From assembly GCF_000143415.4 (NCBI RefSeq), contig NW_003314274.1, forward strand, positions 2,462,623-2,526,622: a stretch of DNA of 64,000 bases, read 5' to 3'. Both the position numbers and the translations under genes were made by a program. The notes under the pieces are model-generated. The model did no database searches. It worked only from the letters and a program-made list of their open reading frames with translations, and was not told the DNA's origin. The DNA comes from Selaginella moellendorffii. Lineage: Eukaryota; Plantae; Lycopodiophyta. Shown here in pieces: positions 39,300 through 50,093 of the stretch. Numbering within the stretch: position 1 is the first letter of the stretch; the number at the start of each line of letters is the position of its first letter.

Positions 39300-41165
39300 A
39301 TGGCGACGGATCAGCATGTGGCTGCGGAGTACATATTCAGGTCCAAGCTCCCCGATATTCAGATCCCCAATCACGTTCCTCTGGCCACGTACTGCCTGGA
39401 GCGTGCAGCGGCAGATCCAGAGCTGGGCGGCAAGGCGGCGCTCATCGATGGGCCGACGGGCACGCAGATGAGCTACGCACAGCTGGGCGTGGCCATCCGC
39501 AGGGTCGGCGCTGGGCTGGCCAAGCTGGGAATTGGCAGGGGCGAGGTGGTAATGCTCCTGCTTCCAAACAGCATCGAGTTCGTGCTCGTGTTCCTGGGCT
39601 GTGCGGTGAGGGGCTGCGTCGCCACCACCGCCAATCCCTTCTACACCCCGCCCGAGATTGCAAAGCAGGCCAAGGCGTCGGGCACCAAGCTCATTGTGAC
39701 GCTGTCCACGTATGTGGACAAGGTGTCGGGCATTGCAGAGGTGATGAGCATCGACAGGGAGGTGGAGGGCTGCCTCCACATATCGGCGTTGACGCAGGCG
39801 GACGAGGGCGAGTGCCCCGCCGTGGACATCCAGCCCGACGACGTGGTGGCGCTGCCATTCTCGTCGGGCACCACCGGCCTGCCCAAGGGCGTCATGCTCA
39901 CGCACAAGAGCCTCGTCTCCAGCATCGCCCAGCAGGTGGACGGTGACAACCCCAACCTCTACATGGCGCCCAGCGACGCCGTCCTCTGCGTCCTCCCCAT
40001 GTTCCACATCTACTCGCTCAACTCCATCCTCCTCTGCTCGCTGCGCACCGCCTCCACCATCGTCATCATGCCCAAGTTCGACCTCACGCAGCTCCTGGAG
40101 CTGGTGACGCGCTACTCCATCTCCATCGCGCCCATCGTGCCCCCCATTGTGCTGGCGCTGGCCAAGAACCCCGCCGTGCTGGCCTACGACCTCAGCAGCA
40201 TCCGGATGGTGCAGTCGGGCGCCGCCCCGCTGGGCAAGGAGATCGAGGACGCATTCAGGGCGCGTCTGCCGCGGGCCACCATCGGGCAGGGCTACGGGAT
40301 GACCGAGGCCGGCCCAGTCGTGGCGCTGTGCCTGGCATTTGCAAAGCACCCCTTCACCGTCAAGCCCGGCTCCTGCGGCACAATCGTGCGCAATGCCGAC
40401 GCCAAGATTGTGGACCCGGAGACCGGCGCGTCGCTGCCGCGCAACCAGCCGGGGGAGATGTGCATCAGGGGCCCCCAGGTCATGAAAGGTACTTAATCAA
40501 TCCATTTGCCACCCCGGAAACCTAAAATTCACGTAAATGAAATGCTCAGGCTACCTCGGCGATCCCGAATCCACGCGCTCCACCGTGGACAAGGACGGCT
40601 GGTTGCACACTGGTGACGTGGCTCTCATCGACGATGACGACGAGGTGTTCATTGTGGACCGGGTCAAGGAGATTATCAAGTACAAGGGCTTCCAGGTAAT
40701 CTTGGGTCGCTTTCCCTCTCACGCGGGACCATTTTTTACCTTCAGGTGGCTCCCGCGGAACTGGAAGCGCTTCTCATCTCCAACCCATCCATTGCCGACG
40801 CTGCAGTCGTTGCGTAAGCCTCTCCCGTGTCTTTGTCTTTGCTTGCTGCAATGCTCTCTAACGCGTGCACGTCACCTTGGCAGCAAAAAAGACGATCTAA
40901 CGGGCGAAGTGCCGGTTGCGTTCGTCGTGCGGGCGGCCGACTCTCACATCTCAGAGGACGACATCAAGGGCTTCGTCTCCAAGCAGGTGAGTTGGCTTGG
41001 GAAAGCGAGCGAGCGAGCGCATCCCCCGTCCCGTGTACTCACCGCACTCTCTGTCAGGTTGTGTTCTACAAGAAGATACATTCCGTCTACTTCGTCGATT
41101 CCATCCCCAAGAATCCATCCGGCAAGATCCTTCGCAAGGAGCTCAGAAGTAGACTTTCCTCTTAG
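39300..41165 (+). CDS. 4CL: 4-coumarate:CoA ligase, multi-exon
   Basis: '[10 protein letters not shown]', Box I '[14 protein letters not shown]', '[10 protein letters not shown]', Box II-like 'GEMCIRG', 'GWLHTGD', '[12 protein letters not shown]'. Confidence 0.95.
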
Positions 41166-41430
41166 GTGTTACGATTCGTTGTCACAAGTCGACTATTTAT
41201 TTTATACTTGCAGGGCTCGCACGCTCTTTTTGCTTGTACATTTGATTCAGGGCAAGGTAGCTAGCTACCACAGAACAAAATCACATTGCCTGCGCGGCGG
41301 TGGAGGTGGTCAGGTTGGTTACACGGTAAGGCTAGGTGTGTTTGTTGGCTGTTTAGCTACATGTACACGGTGGCTAGCCAGTATATATACTGCGCTGCGT
41401 GTATATATAAAAGCCGGCGCGCGCCTCTCT

Positions 41431-43348
41431 CTACTCGTCTGGTTCGTGTTCCAGCAGCACCTCGTCGATATTAAACAGCTCGTCTTCCTCGTCGCCCATC
41501 CACTCGCCCCTCTCCTCAACCTCGTGCGTCTTGTCGCAGATGCACACCCGGGGGTTCTCAAATATGTCCCGCCTCGACGACCTCTCCATGGGATCCCCCA
41601 TGAACCCCTTCTGCAAGCTCCGGAGCTTGGCTGCGAACTGCTCCCACCCCATCTCCTGCCTCAGACCAAAGAAGGAGCCCAGCTTCTTTGCATTGGGACG
41701 AATAGTTCTCTTGTGGCCCGCATAGCGCCTGTGCGCAAGACAGCACGGAATCACGTTAGTTCTCGCGTGTGACAAGCTCACCTGTGGCCAGCTAGAATGC
41801 GTGCCATGTTGCCGTTGTTGTTGGTCACAAACACGTCACTCTGATTGCACACGATGTAGTCAATGGCCGCCATTCGCGACGAGTATCTGGAGAATTGTTC
41901 CATCTCCTTGTCACTGGCCAGGCTCTCCTTGGTGAAAAAGTGGGGGAACAGGGCCCGCAGGGGGGCTAGCGTCGATTCCCCTCCGTAGATGTCACCCGAT
42001 GCAACGTAGAGGTACGTCTCGTTGCTGAAGCCTAGCGCCCGCAGCATCAGGCCCACTTCCATGGGTGTGAGCGGACACTTGCCGTTCCTCCGCTCCCTTT
42101 CGGGACTTCGGACCTGAAGAACCACCCACAAAGCACAAGCCGTTGGCGTCGGCTACCAAGCACACAAGGTGTCCACCTACACGTAAGTTTTTCCACCGCT
42201 TCCGGATGCTTGCCAGCTCCCGGACCTCTCTGTCGCCCCCGCCATAGTAGCACCCTGAAAACGCCAACATATCAGGCTCGTACCTACAGGCAGTTAGCGC
42301 GTCGTGAAACAAGCACACAAACCAGCCCATGCCCACCTCAGGTGTAGAGCAATAAACCGGCCGCCGCTCATAGATTTCATCCTCTGCACCAGCGTGCGGC
42401 CCATGCCCTCGATTGGACCTGTAAACTGCAGCGCATCGTAGTTAACCCGGCACCGCAGCTTCTGCAGGTCCGTGGAGAGATTGTTGGCAAGCCTGTAGTC
42501 GAACTTGGTAAGGCGCACTGCCTGCACTTGCCCGTGTAGATCGCATTAGGACGGATCCGTTTCCCAGGACATCTCTCTTACGTTCTTCCTGACTAGGGTA
42601 GGGAGCACCGATTTCTGGTAGTAGTGAGGGGTGCTCTTACGGGGGACTCGCAGAGATATGGGGTTCTTGAGACGCGTTGGCAACTCCTTGACGATCCTCA
42701 CGTCCTGCGCAAGGGTGGCGATGAACCAGTCGATATCAAATATGTCGCTAAAGTTGCTGCACACGGGAAGCTTGTCTGTCTTGTGAATGCAGGCAAGTTA
42801 AGTGATCGAACCTGTTGTCCTTCCAAAAGGAGGTGTGGTCCAAGCTCGGAACTACAAGCGTCGCGTTTAGAATTCTCGCCACAACAACAGCATCCGTTAT
42901 CTGCAAGCATCCGACGAGTGAGAGGTGCTCTGGGATGCACGACTTACACCAATTCGCTGCTGGTTGAGCCCTCCGCTTGCTTGGATGAGTAAGAAGCCAT
43001 TGGTGGCGTAGGGCGGGGCCGAATAGTTGCTACTGGGCTTGTTGCAACCGTAGTAGTAGTCTGCGAGCTTGGAACTCCAAATGTTATCGCTGGTGCTGCT
43101 CTGGAGAGGAGCCGTGAAACAAAGGAATGCCAGTGAGCTCTGCTTACCGGGGGCACGTCGCTGAGATCTTGGGCTGGAGTGAGTGGTGGCACGCGCTGCT
43201 CCTCTTGGGTCCATCGCAGCTGCCGGGGGTCGTGATCCAGATCAAGGAAGCGTGTGGCCAGAATGGAGAGCGAGGCTACCACCACAAGCGTGAGGCCACA
43301 CAAGAGGAGCCTGATCGACGGGAGCCAGCTGCGTTCCCTTCGCGCCAT
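41431..43348 (-). CDS. O-fucosyltransferase family protein (type II membrane), multi-exon
   Basis: N-terminal TM helix; '[16 protein letters not shown]', '[11 protein letters not shown]', '[15 protein letters not shown]', '[18 protein letters not shown]', '[14 protein letters not shown]', '[13 protein letters not shown]'. Confidence 0.92.
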
Positions 43349-43385
43349 GCTCGCCGCAACCCATGGCGAGATCACTCCATAGCTT

Positions 43386-43400
43386 AAACCCTAGTTAGGG
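43386..43400. promoter_or_regulatory. Telo-box (AAACCCTA) plus inverted TTAGGG in a 64-bp divergent promoter
   Basis: aaaccctagttaggg between the ATGs at 43348 (-) and 43413 (+). Confidence 0.45.
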
Positions 43401-43412
43401 CTGTGAGAGGCG

Positions 43413-44111
43413 ATGGTGCTGGTGCTGGCGCTCGGGGATCTCCACATTCCGCACCGGGCGCCAGATCTGCCACCCAAGTTCAAGTCGATGCTGGTGCCCG
43501 GCAAGATTCAGCACATCCTCAGCCCTGGCAACCTTTGTATCAAGGTAGGCAAGGAAACAGGGTTTTGGTGCGCGCGCTAAAGCTTGCTAAGCCTAGGAAA
43601 TCCACGACTACCTCAAGAGCCTGTCTCCGGACGTGCACATCGTGCGAGGTGAATACGACGAGGACAGTCGCTACCCAGAGACGAAGCAGCTGAGCATCGG
43701 AAGCTTCAAGATCGGCCTGTGCCACGGCCACCAGGTATAATTCATTCATCGCCCCTGATCTCCATCCATCTCCTGTGCTCTTGTGCTCTTCAGGTGATCC
43801 CCTGGGGCGACTTGGATTCCCTGGCAATGCTCCAGAGGCAGCTCGACGTTGACATCCTCATCACCGGGCACACGCACCAGTTCAAGGCGTACAAGCACGA
43901 AGGTGGTGTTATAATCAATCCAGGCTCCGCCACCGGAGCATACAGCAGCATCAGCTACGATGTCAGCCCCAGCTTCGTGCTCATGGACATTGATGGCTCC
44001 AGAGTTGTGGTGTACGTGTACGAGCTGCTCGACGGAGAGGTTAAAGTGGACAAGATCGATTTCAAGAAGCCGGCTGCTGCTGCCGGTGCTGCTGCCGCGG
44101 CATCGCCATAA
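43413..44111 (+). CDS. VPS29: Retromer subunit VPS29 (3 exons)
   Basis: '[44 protein letters not shown]', 'HGHQVIPWGD', 'ILITGHTH', '[10 protein letters not shown]'. Confidence 0.96.
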
Positions 44112-44204
44112 ACAAGCACGTTGGGATTGATTGAATGATGATGAACACGACTTTGGCTATGTGTAAGTCAGTCTTGCAAGCTGGTGAGTGGAGGGGGAGG
44201 GGCT

Positions 44205-45443
44205 TTACGAGCTGCAGTGAATGTGGGGGTAGACCTGGCACTTGATGATCTTGTGGTGCGCGCGGAAGCCCGGCATGATCATGAACTCCACCTTGAGCGG
44301 CGAGGAGCAGCGGCGGCAGGGGTCGTCGGGGACAGCCACGGGCTCCACGTAGAGCGGGTTGAGTTCACAGCCTTTGCCGACCCGAAGGATGACGACGGGC
44401 GGGTTCATGGAGAAGGCCAACCTGTGCAGCAGCCACACGCCTTTGGCAACGTCCAGAAACGCGGCCGTGAACGCCTCCCGCTCCTCGACGCTCTTGAACA
44501 GCATGCTCATGTGGAAGAGCCCCCACATCTCTTTGGTCTTGGCCTGGCAGAAGCGCAAGAAGTCGGGCTCGAAGCAGCGGCTGCTGCTGTTGACCGCGTC
44601 CGCCACGTTGACCAGCTTCATTCGCTTGTACTCGCCCAGCCGCGCCGCGCACCGGGTGCCCGTGTCCAAGATGCTCGTCACCCCGCTCTCATCAAAGTTG
44701 TCGTTCTCGAAGCAGTGGAAGAAAGCCTTGTTGATGCGTGAGTCGAGCACGAACGCCGTGTGCTCCTTCCTCAGGAATCCGCTTGACGCTTCCATGTCCG
44801 CCAGGGTGCGGCACACCGGATACCCCGAAACCTCCATCTGCTTGATAAACACGTTGCAAAAGTAGCGCATGGACAAGCGGGCCCGTACCACCGCCATCTC
44901 AAACAGGAGCACCGTCGCCGACAACTCCGCCGGCCCCTCACCCGCGGTCGTCACCGTCGACACACTGCTACAGCTCGTGGACGAGGCTGCCGAGGAGCGA
45001 CATTCCATCTCGTGGAGCTGCTCCCGCTCCCTGCTGGCCATCACCTGCATTTGCTCCAGCTGCCACTCGAGCATGTCGATGGTATCCTGCTTGTCCGCCA
45101 GCGCCGCCTGCTGCCTCTTGCTTAGCTCCACCAGCGCAGCCGCCCGCCTCCTGTCCCGCGGCTGCTGCTGCTGCTGCCAGCACGACATGAGGGTGGTGAT
45201 GACCCCCAAGGGTGCCCGCAGCGCCTGCAACCCCGCACGTCGACGAGGCCGCCTGCACGCCTCATCCTCCCCCTCCTTGTAGAAGAGGGGATTCTCGTTG
45301 AAGCAACTCTCCCCACCTGGAATGCTCATGCTCTTTTTCCTTGTCCTCTCCGCGCTCCACGTCTTGACTTGTTCCAAGGAGCACAAGCTGTCGGAGTTGG
45401 TGTCGCTGCCGCCAGCTGCTGCTGCGCTCCTGCAACCATCCAT
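44205..45443 (-). CDS. IRK-interacting/GIL1-like coiled-coil protein
   Basis: Intronless ORF with a coiled coil, 'FHCFENDNF', 'FLDVAKGVWLLHRLAFSMNP..ILRV', 'KVEFMIMPGF..IIKCQVY'. Confidence 0.75.
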   Translation of the reverse strand: MDGCRSAAAAGGSDTNSDSLCSLEQVKTWSAERTRKKSMSIPGGESCFNENPLFYKEGEDEACRRPRRRAGLQALRAPLGVITTLMSCWQQQQQPRDRRRAAALVELSKRQQAALADKQDTIDMLEWQLEQMQVMASREREQLHEMECRSSAASSTSCSSVSTVTTAGEGPAELSATVLLFEMAVVRARLSMRYFCNVFIKQMEVSGYPVCRTLADMEASSGFLRKEHTAFVLDSRINKAFFHCFENDNFDESGVTSILDTGTRCAARLGEYKRMKLVNVADAVNSSSRCFEPDFLRFCQAKTKEMWGLFHMSMLFKSVEEREAFTAAFLDVAKGVWLLHRLAFSMNPPVVILRVGKGCELNPLYVEPVAVPDDPCRRCSSPLKVEFMIMPGFRAHHKIIKCQVYPHIHCSS

Positions 45444-45867
45444 GCAAAAAGCCTACCTCCTCTTGCTGTACACAGGGAGGCCGCGCCGATCGGTTTCGCT
45501 GGCTGTGCAAATCCGCGCTTGCTAAATACATCTCACGAGATATGGGAATATCCTTCCGCTGCATTCATTTACACAAGGGGAAGGAAAACGCCATCCCTTT
45601 TATTTATTTCAGACAGATATGAGAGAGAGCATTCCAATCCAGATCTCGGATCTCCCCAAGTTATTCTCTTGATTGAGCCCACCCCATCCCGATTCCCGAA
45701 TTTCACTGGACGCCTACCTCCTACATGAGGCTGTTGACGAAATTGATAGCGCCAAAGAGGCAGGCGATGAGAGTGAAGACGAGCATGGCCAAGACGAGGG
45801 ACAAGGACGCTACGCACATATCTAAGCTCGACTGCATCACCTCCATGCTCCAGGCGTGCTACCCTAG

Positions 45868-46395
45868 TCAGGGAGAGCTGGGGAGCCAGGAATATTCTCC
45901 CGGATGCCCCGCCTTGCTCGCCTTGGTTGTTGCCGCCAGCGCGGGTATGCAGCTGGTGCTCCTCGACAGTTGCAGTCCCGACCTTGCACGACGCACCAGC
46001 AGCTGCCTCATGGCGCTCGTTGCAGCGGCCACCGGATTCTCCCGCACCGTAACGTTGAACTGCTTGCATATGTTCATGTGCACCTGGATTGCGTCCTCCA
46101 CTGCTTTGCCACCACCACCACCCTTGATCCTTGCCTGCTCCTCCTTGACAGCCTCGGCGCACAAGCCACACACGAAATGGCCGCAAAACTGCTGCTGTAC
46201 CCGCTTCACGTAGCCGGCGGTGCATTCTTCTCCCAGTCCACAGCACTCACACTTGGTAACGTTGGTCGCCACCGCTCTCTTGTTAGCATCTGCAGCGGCT
46301 ACAGCAGCCGCGGTTGCGATGACAGAGTCCGACACCACCCGGTAGATGAAGCCATTGGATCGCTGCTTGGGACTAGAGGCCACCATCTTTGCCAT
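45868..46395 (-). CDS. DUF1677 family protein
   Basis: 'KCECCGLGEECTAGYVKRVQQQFCGHFVCGLCAEAVKEE'; TATA-like GTATATAAGA at 46440-46431 on - strand. Confidence 0.88.
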   Translation of the reverse strand: MAKMVASSPKQRSNGFIYRVVSDSVIATAAAVAAADANKRAVATNVTKCECCGLGEECTAGYVKRVQQQFCGHFVCGLCAEAVKEEQARIKGGGGGKAVEDAIQVHMNICKQFNVTVRENPVAAATSAMRQLLVRRARSGLQLSRSTSCIPALAATTKASKAGHPGEYSWLPSSP

Positions 46396-46698
46396 CGATC
46401 ACCCCCACTCCCACTTTGGAGGCTGGCCCCTCTTATATACCGCTGCGGGTGCGGGCCGTGAATCTTTTCGCTTCCTGGCTGAGAAGCACGGCACGTGTTC
46501 CCGGAGCCTTTTACACGAATCCACTGCATTGGGCGATTGCCAGGCACCACCTTGTGCCTCTGCATTCTAGTTGATCACGTGCTTGCTTCTTCCGCTTCAA
46601 TCCGCTCCCGCCAATGCCCAACGTGTGTGCCTGCTTTCACGTCTCGTGAGTCGTGACGCACCGCGCTGCATGCCCTCGTGACGCCCTTGCAACTTGCG

Positions 46699-46776
46699 CT
46701 TCTACGCATTATCTAGGTTGTGGTGTCACCACAAAGACTTCTACGCATTATTTACGTTGTGGTGTCACCACAAAGA
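46699..46776. repeat. 39-bp tandem duplication, each copy carrying a 17-bp palindrome
   Basis: cttctacgcattat(c/t)ta(g/c)gttgtggtgtcaccacaaaga x2, 2 mismatches; ttgtggtg-t-caccacaa is a perfect inverted repeat. Confidence 0.9.
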
Positions 46777-46795
46777 CAAGCACTTGACGGACGAA

Positions 46796-48450
46796 TCATC
46801 CCTCGGCCGTGGAAGTGTCCACGCTGCTCCCATAGATTGCTCTCATGGATGGGCGTGCCGGCTGGTTTCTTCCGAGCGGGAATCTCCAGAATGAATCGGA
46901 CAACTCAAAAAAGATGTAAAAGAGCGCCGCAGACATGGCAATCAGCCCCGCCAGAAGTAAATATACCTGCCAATCTGAAGCGCAAGCAAGCATGCAACCA
47001 AACAATCGTCAAAAGTCAGGAATCAGGGTCAACAATGTGCTTGCCTTTCCATGGCCACGGAACGTTGGTTGCGGTTACTCGCACGTTTCCATCCGCTGAC
47101 ACCGATAGCAAAGCTCTGCGTACGTGGGCACCAGTTAACCAGCATATTTCTTCCAGCGGGTGGACAAAAACCTTGAGTTCGGAGACATCTCTAACAACGT
47201 AATACCACATGTGTCAGCTCTCTCGACATACTGCCGCTTCTGCATGCTCTTCACCTCTATCACGGAAACAGCTCCATCCATGCCACCACTGCACACAGCT
47301 CACAGCATTCTACGTAAGCGCATCACACCCTTGCTCTTGCTTACAGTGCTAAGCGCTTCCCATCGCACGAGGTAGCCAGGGCTGATATCTCACAGTCTAA
47401 AAACTTCTTGGATCCCAGCCTGCTCCACTTGGCAATCTCCCAGACTGCAACGTACCCCTTCCCATCTGCAACACAGTGTCAGCGACAGAAAGTCTCGACG
47501 GAAGAGGATAAGCAAAACCTCTGAAAGCAGCCACAAAAAGAAACGGATGAGATCCATTTCGTGAAAATCTACAGAATCCAAAGCTTTCGGCCTGGGAAAA
47601 TGCAAAACCCACAGCATTGTGTATGAGGAAGCTCGCCATTGAACCAGCGCTCACCTTTTCCCGGTGTAGCGATGTCAACGGCATGGCCTTGTCAAGGTCC
47701 CATACGCGGCAGGGGCCATCCTCCGACGTTGAAGCCAGCAGCGCTCCATCCAGGCTGCAAGCATACGCGTCTTGTGTGGCGCGTCAACTCGCGGAATATT
47801 ACCTGAAGTCCAAGTCTTTGATGCTCTTGTGTGCCTTGGGCTCGTCAATCAGAGTGGTAAGGCCGGGCCAGTCCAAAACACGCAGCCGGCCATCCTGTGC
47901 ACAGCGCTACCACTCAACAGAATTGTGGACAAAGGCAGACAATTACCTTGCCTCCAAATGCGACGCGAGACCCATCTGCGCTGAAACAAATCTTCTTCTG
48001 CTCCCCAAAACCATGGAATCGTTGCGGATCCATGTCAGGCGACCAGCTCAAGCTGCCTTGTTCAACCTGTACAAACCTGAAGGTGGCCGATACAAAAACT
48101 TTTCCAAGACAAAACATCCCTCTTGCCTGCAGCTCGCCGCAAATGAGCAAAGAGCTCCATCACCGGAGGGATGAAACGCCAGAGCCTGAGGGGCCTCTTG
48201 GCAGGGGAGGACACAGGCCTAGCGATGCGACTGTGAGAACGGGGCCAAATTTGCATCCGCTTACCTCGTCCTGGAGAAGCTTTTCGTCAAACGAGTATTT
48301 GGCAAGCTCGAGGCGGCCGTGGCCGCCGTCGGTTTTGGCGATGAGCAGCAGCGCGTCGCGGTCGATGCTGCGGGATGCTGCCCATCCTGCGCAAGTGGCG
48401 GATCCGGTGGTGGAGGAGCACACGCCCAAGTAGCGCCGACGCGGCGCCAT
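46796..48450 (-). CDS. PHF1: SEC12-like WD40 ER protein, PHOSPHATE TRANSPORTER TRAFFIC FACILITATOR1-like, multi-exon
   Basis: WD40 segments ('CFSADGSRVAFGG', 'FCRFSRNGSHPFLF', 'RALLSVSADG'), then 'WKDWQVYLLLAGLIAMSAALFYIFFELSDSFWRFPLG', resembling the PHF1 TM/C-terminus. Confidence 0.8.
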
Positions 48451-48535
48451 AGCAACTAAGCCCCCTTGTGCGTTTACCTTTTAGGCAGGATTAAATAAAA
48501 GGTGTATTAGGGCGTGCAGGGAAGGGTATGCAAGA

Positions 48536-50033
48536 ATGGCTCCTCCAGTGGGAGGTGTGGTGCTGGACTGGCGTGCCTCTTTCAGGATCGTTCGAAAGGT
48601 TTTGTATTGGGTCATCTTCATGGCCCGTTTCCTGCAGCTGCCCAGCAGAGTGGCATTGGTAGCAACAGCTGCTGGTGACAGCGGCAGCGGCAGCAGCGGG
48701 AGCGGCGGCAGCAGCGGCACCCCCACTGCCGCCGCCACCAGCCTGCAGGTCTCCTCCTGGTCGTGGATGCGACTCCTGTCGTTGCGCGTGCAAGAGGAGG
48801 ATGGATCTTGGCGGAGGGCTGTAGCCCGTAGGAGGCGCAAGAGTTTGCAAGCCAGTACGGTTTGGCAGGATCGGTCGTTTGCCAACTCGAGGGGCCAGAC
48901 CATCTTCACGCAGTCATGGACTCCCACTGACTGTAAGCGTATCAAGTTCGTCCTTGCTCTTGCCTTGCACCATCACCTTCTTTGCTTTGTGACTTACCGC
49001 TGGCTTTCAGGGGATTAGTCGTTCTACTCCACGGGCTGAACGAGCACAGGTACTCTAGCTGTTTGTTGTCTCCATGTTGATCGGTGATACGTCTAGTGGA
49101 CGTTACGAGCGCTTTGCCACTCAACTCAACGCACATGCCTACTCTGTGTACGGGATGGACTGGATTGGTAAGGATGTACCTCAGTGACTTCGCTAACCTG
49201 CTGCCGTGCAGGGCATGGTGGCACTGACGGGCTTCACGGTTACGTCGAATCCCTGGACTATGCGGTTTTGGACACGGTATCTATTTGTTTCTTCTCGTCC
49301 TTTTAGTGTTGTTTCTCATACGTTTACCAGGAGGAGCTCTTGTATAGAGTTTCTGCGGAGTTGCCGGGCATTCCGGTCTTTCTTTTTGGCCACTCCACTG
49401 GCGGTGCCATCGCTCTAAAGGTTCGATCGTTCGTGGTAAGTTAATAGCAACCTCTTTCTTTGCAGGCAGCGCTGCGGCCGAGTGTGCGGGACTTGCTGGC
49501 TGGGGTAATACTAACATCTCCGGCACTTCGTGTACAATCGTTTCACCCGGTTGTAGAGGTAGGCAGCAAAAAGGAAGTCTTTTGTGCAGCGTCTCACGCG
49601 TTTAGATTTACAGCTTGTCGCACCCTTTTTTTCCATGGTACTTCCCAGGTACCAGTTTCAGGCTGCAAACAGGCGGCGCTTGCCCGTCACTCGTGATCCC
49701 GTTGAACAGGTTGCTAAGTACACCGACCCCTTGGTGTACACTGGACCCATCCGGGTTCGAACGGGTACCGAGATTCTGAAGATCACCGCTTTCTTGCAAA
49801 AGAACTTGCAAAACGTGAGCACTCCCTTCTTGGTGCTGCATGGGACGGACGACAAGGTTACCGATCCAGCGGGATCGCAGAGGTTGTACGAGCATGCTCG
49901 CTCCAAGCGCAAGACGCTCAAGCTGTACGAGGGGCTGTTACACGACTTGTTGTTTGAAGTCGAGACAGACAGGGACGTGGTGACCAAGGACATCATCGAC
50001 TGGTTGGAGAGCTTCAACGCTCTGCCCATGTAA
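48536..50033 (+). CDS. Monoacylglycerol lipase-like alpha/beta hydrolase (Hydrolase_4), multi-exon
   Basis: 'LLHGLNEHSGRY', 'GMDWIGHGGTDG', nucleophile 'GHSTGG', 'PFLVLHGTDDKVTDP', 'HDLLFE'. Confidence 0.9.
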
Positions 50034-50093
50034 AATAATATTGTTACACAATACAAATGGTTCACTTGTTTTATTGCTTGGCCTACGTGCCGG

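Noticed and set aside
39300-50033. 4CL plus alpha/beta hydrolase as a lignin (4CL-CSE) cluster
   Set aside because: The hydrolase has GHSTGG (MAGL-type) rather than the GESMGG of caffeoyl-shikimate esterase, and five unrelated genes intervene.
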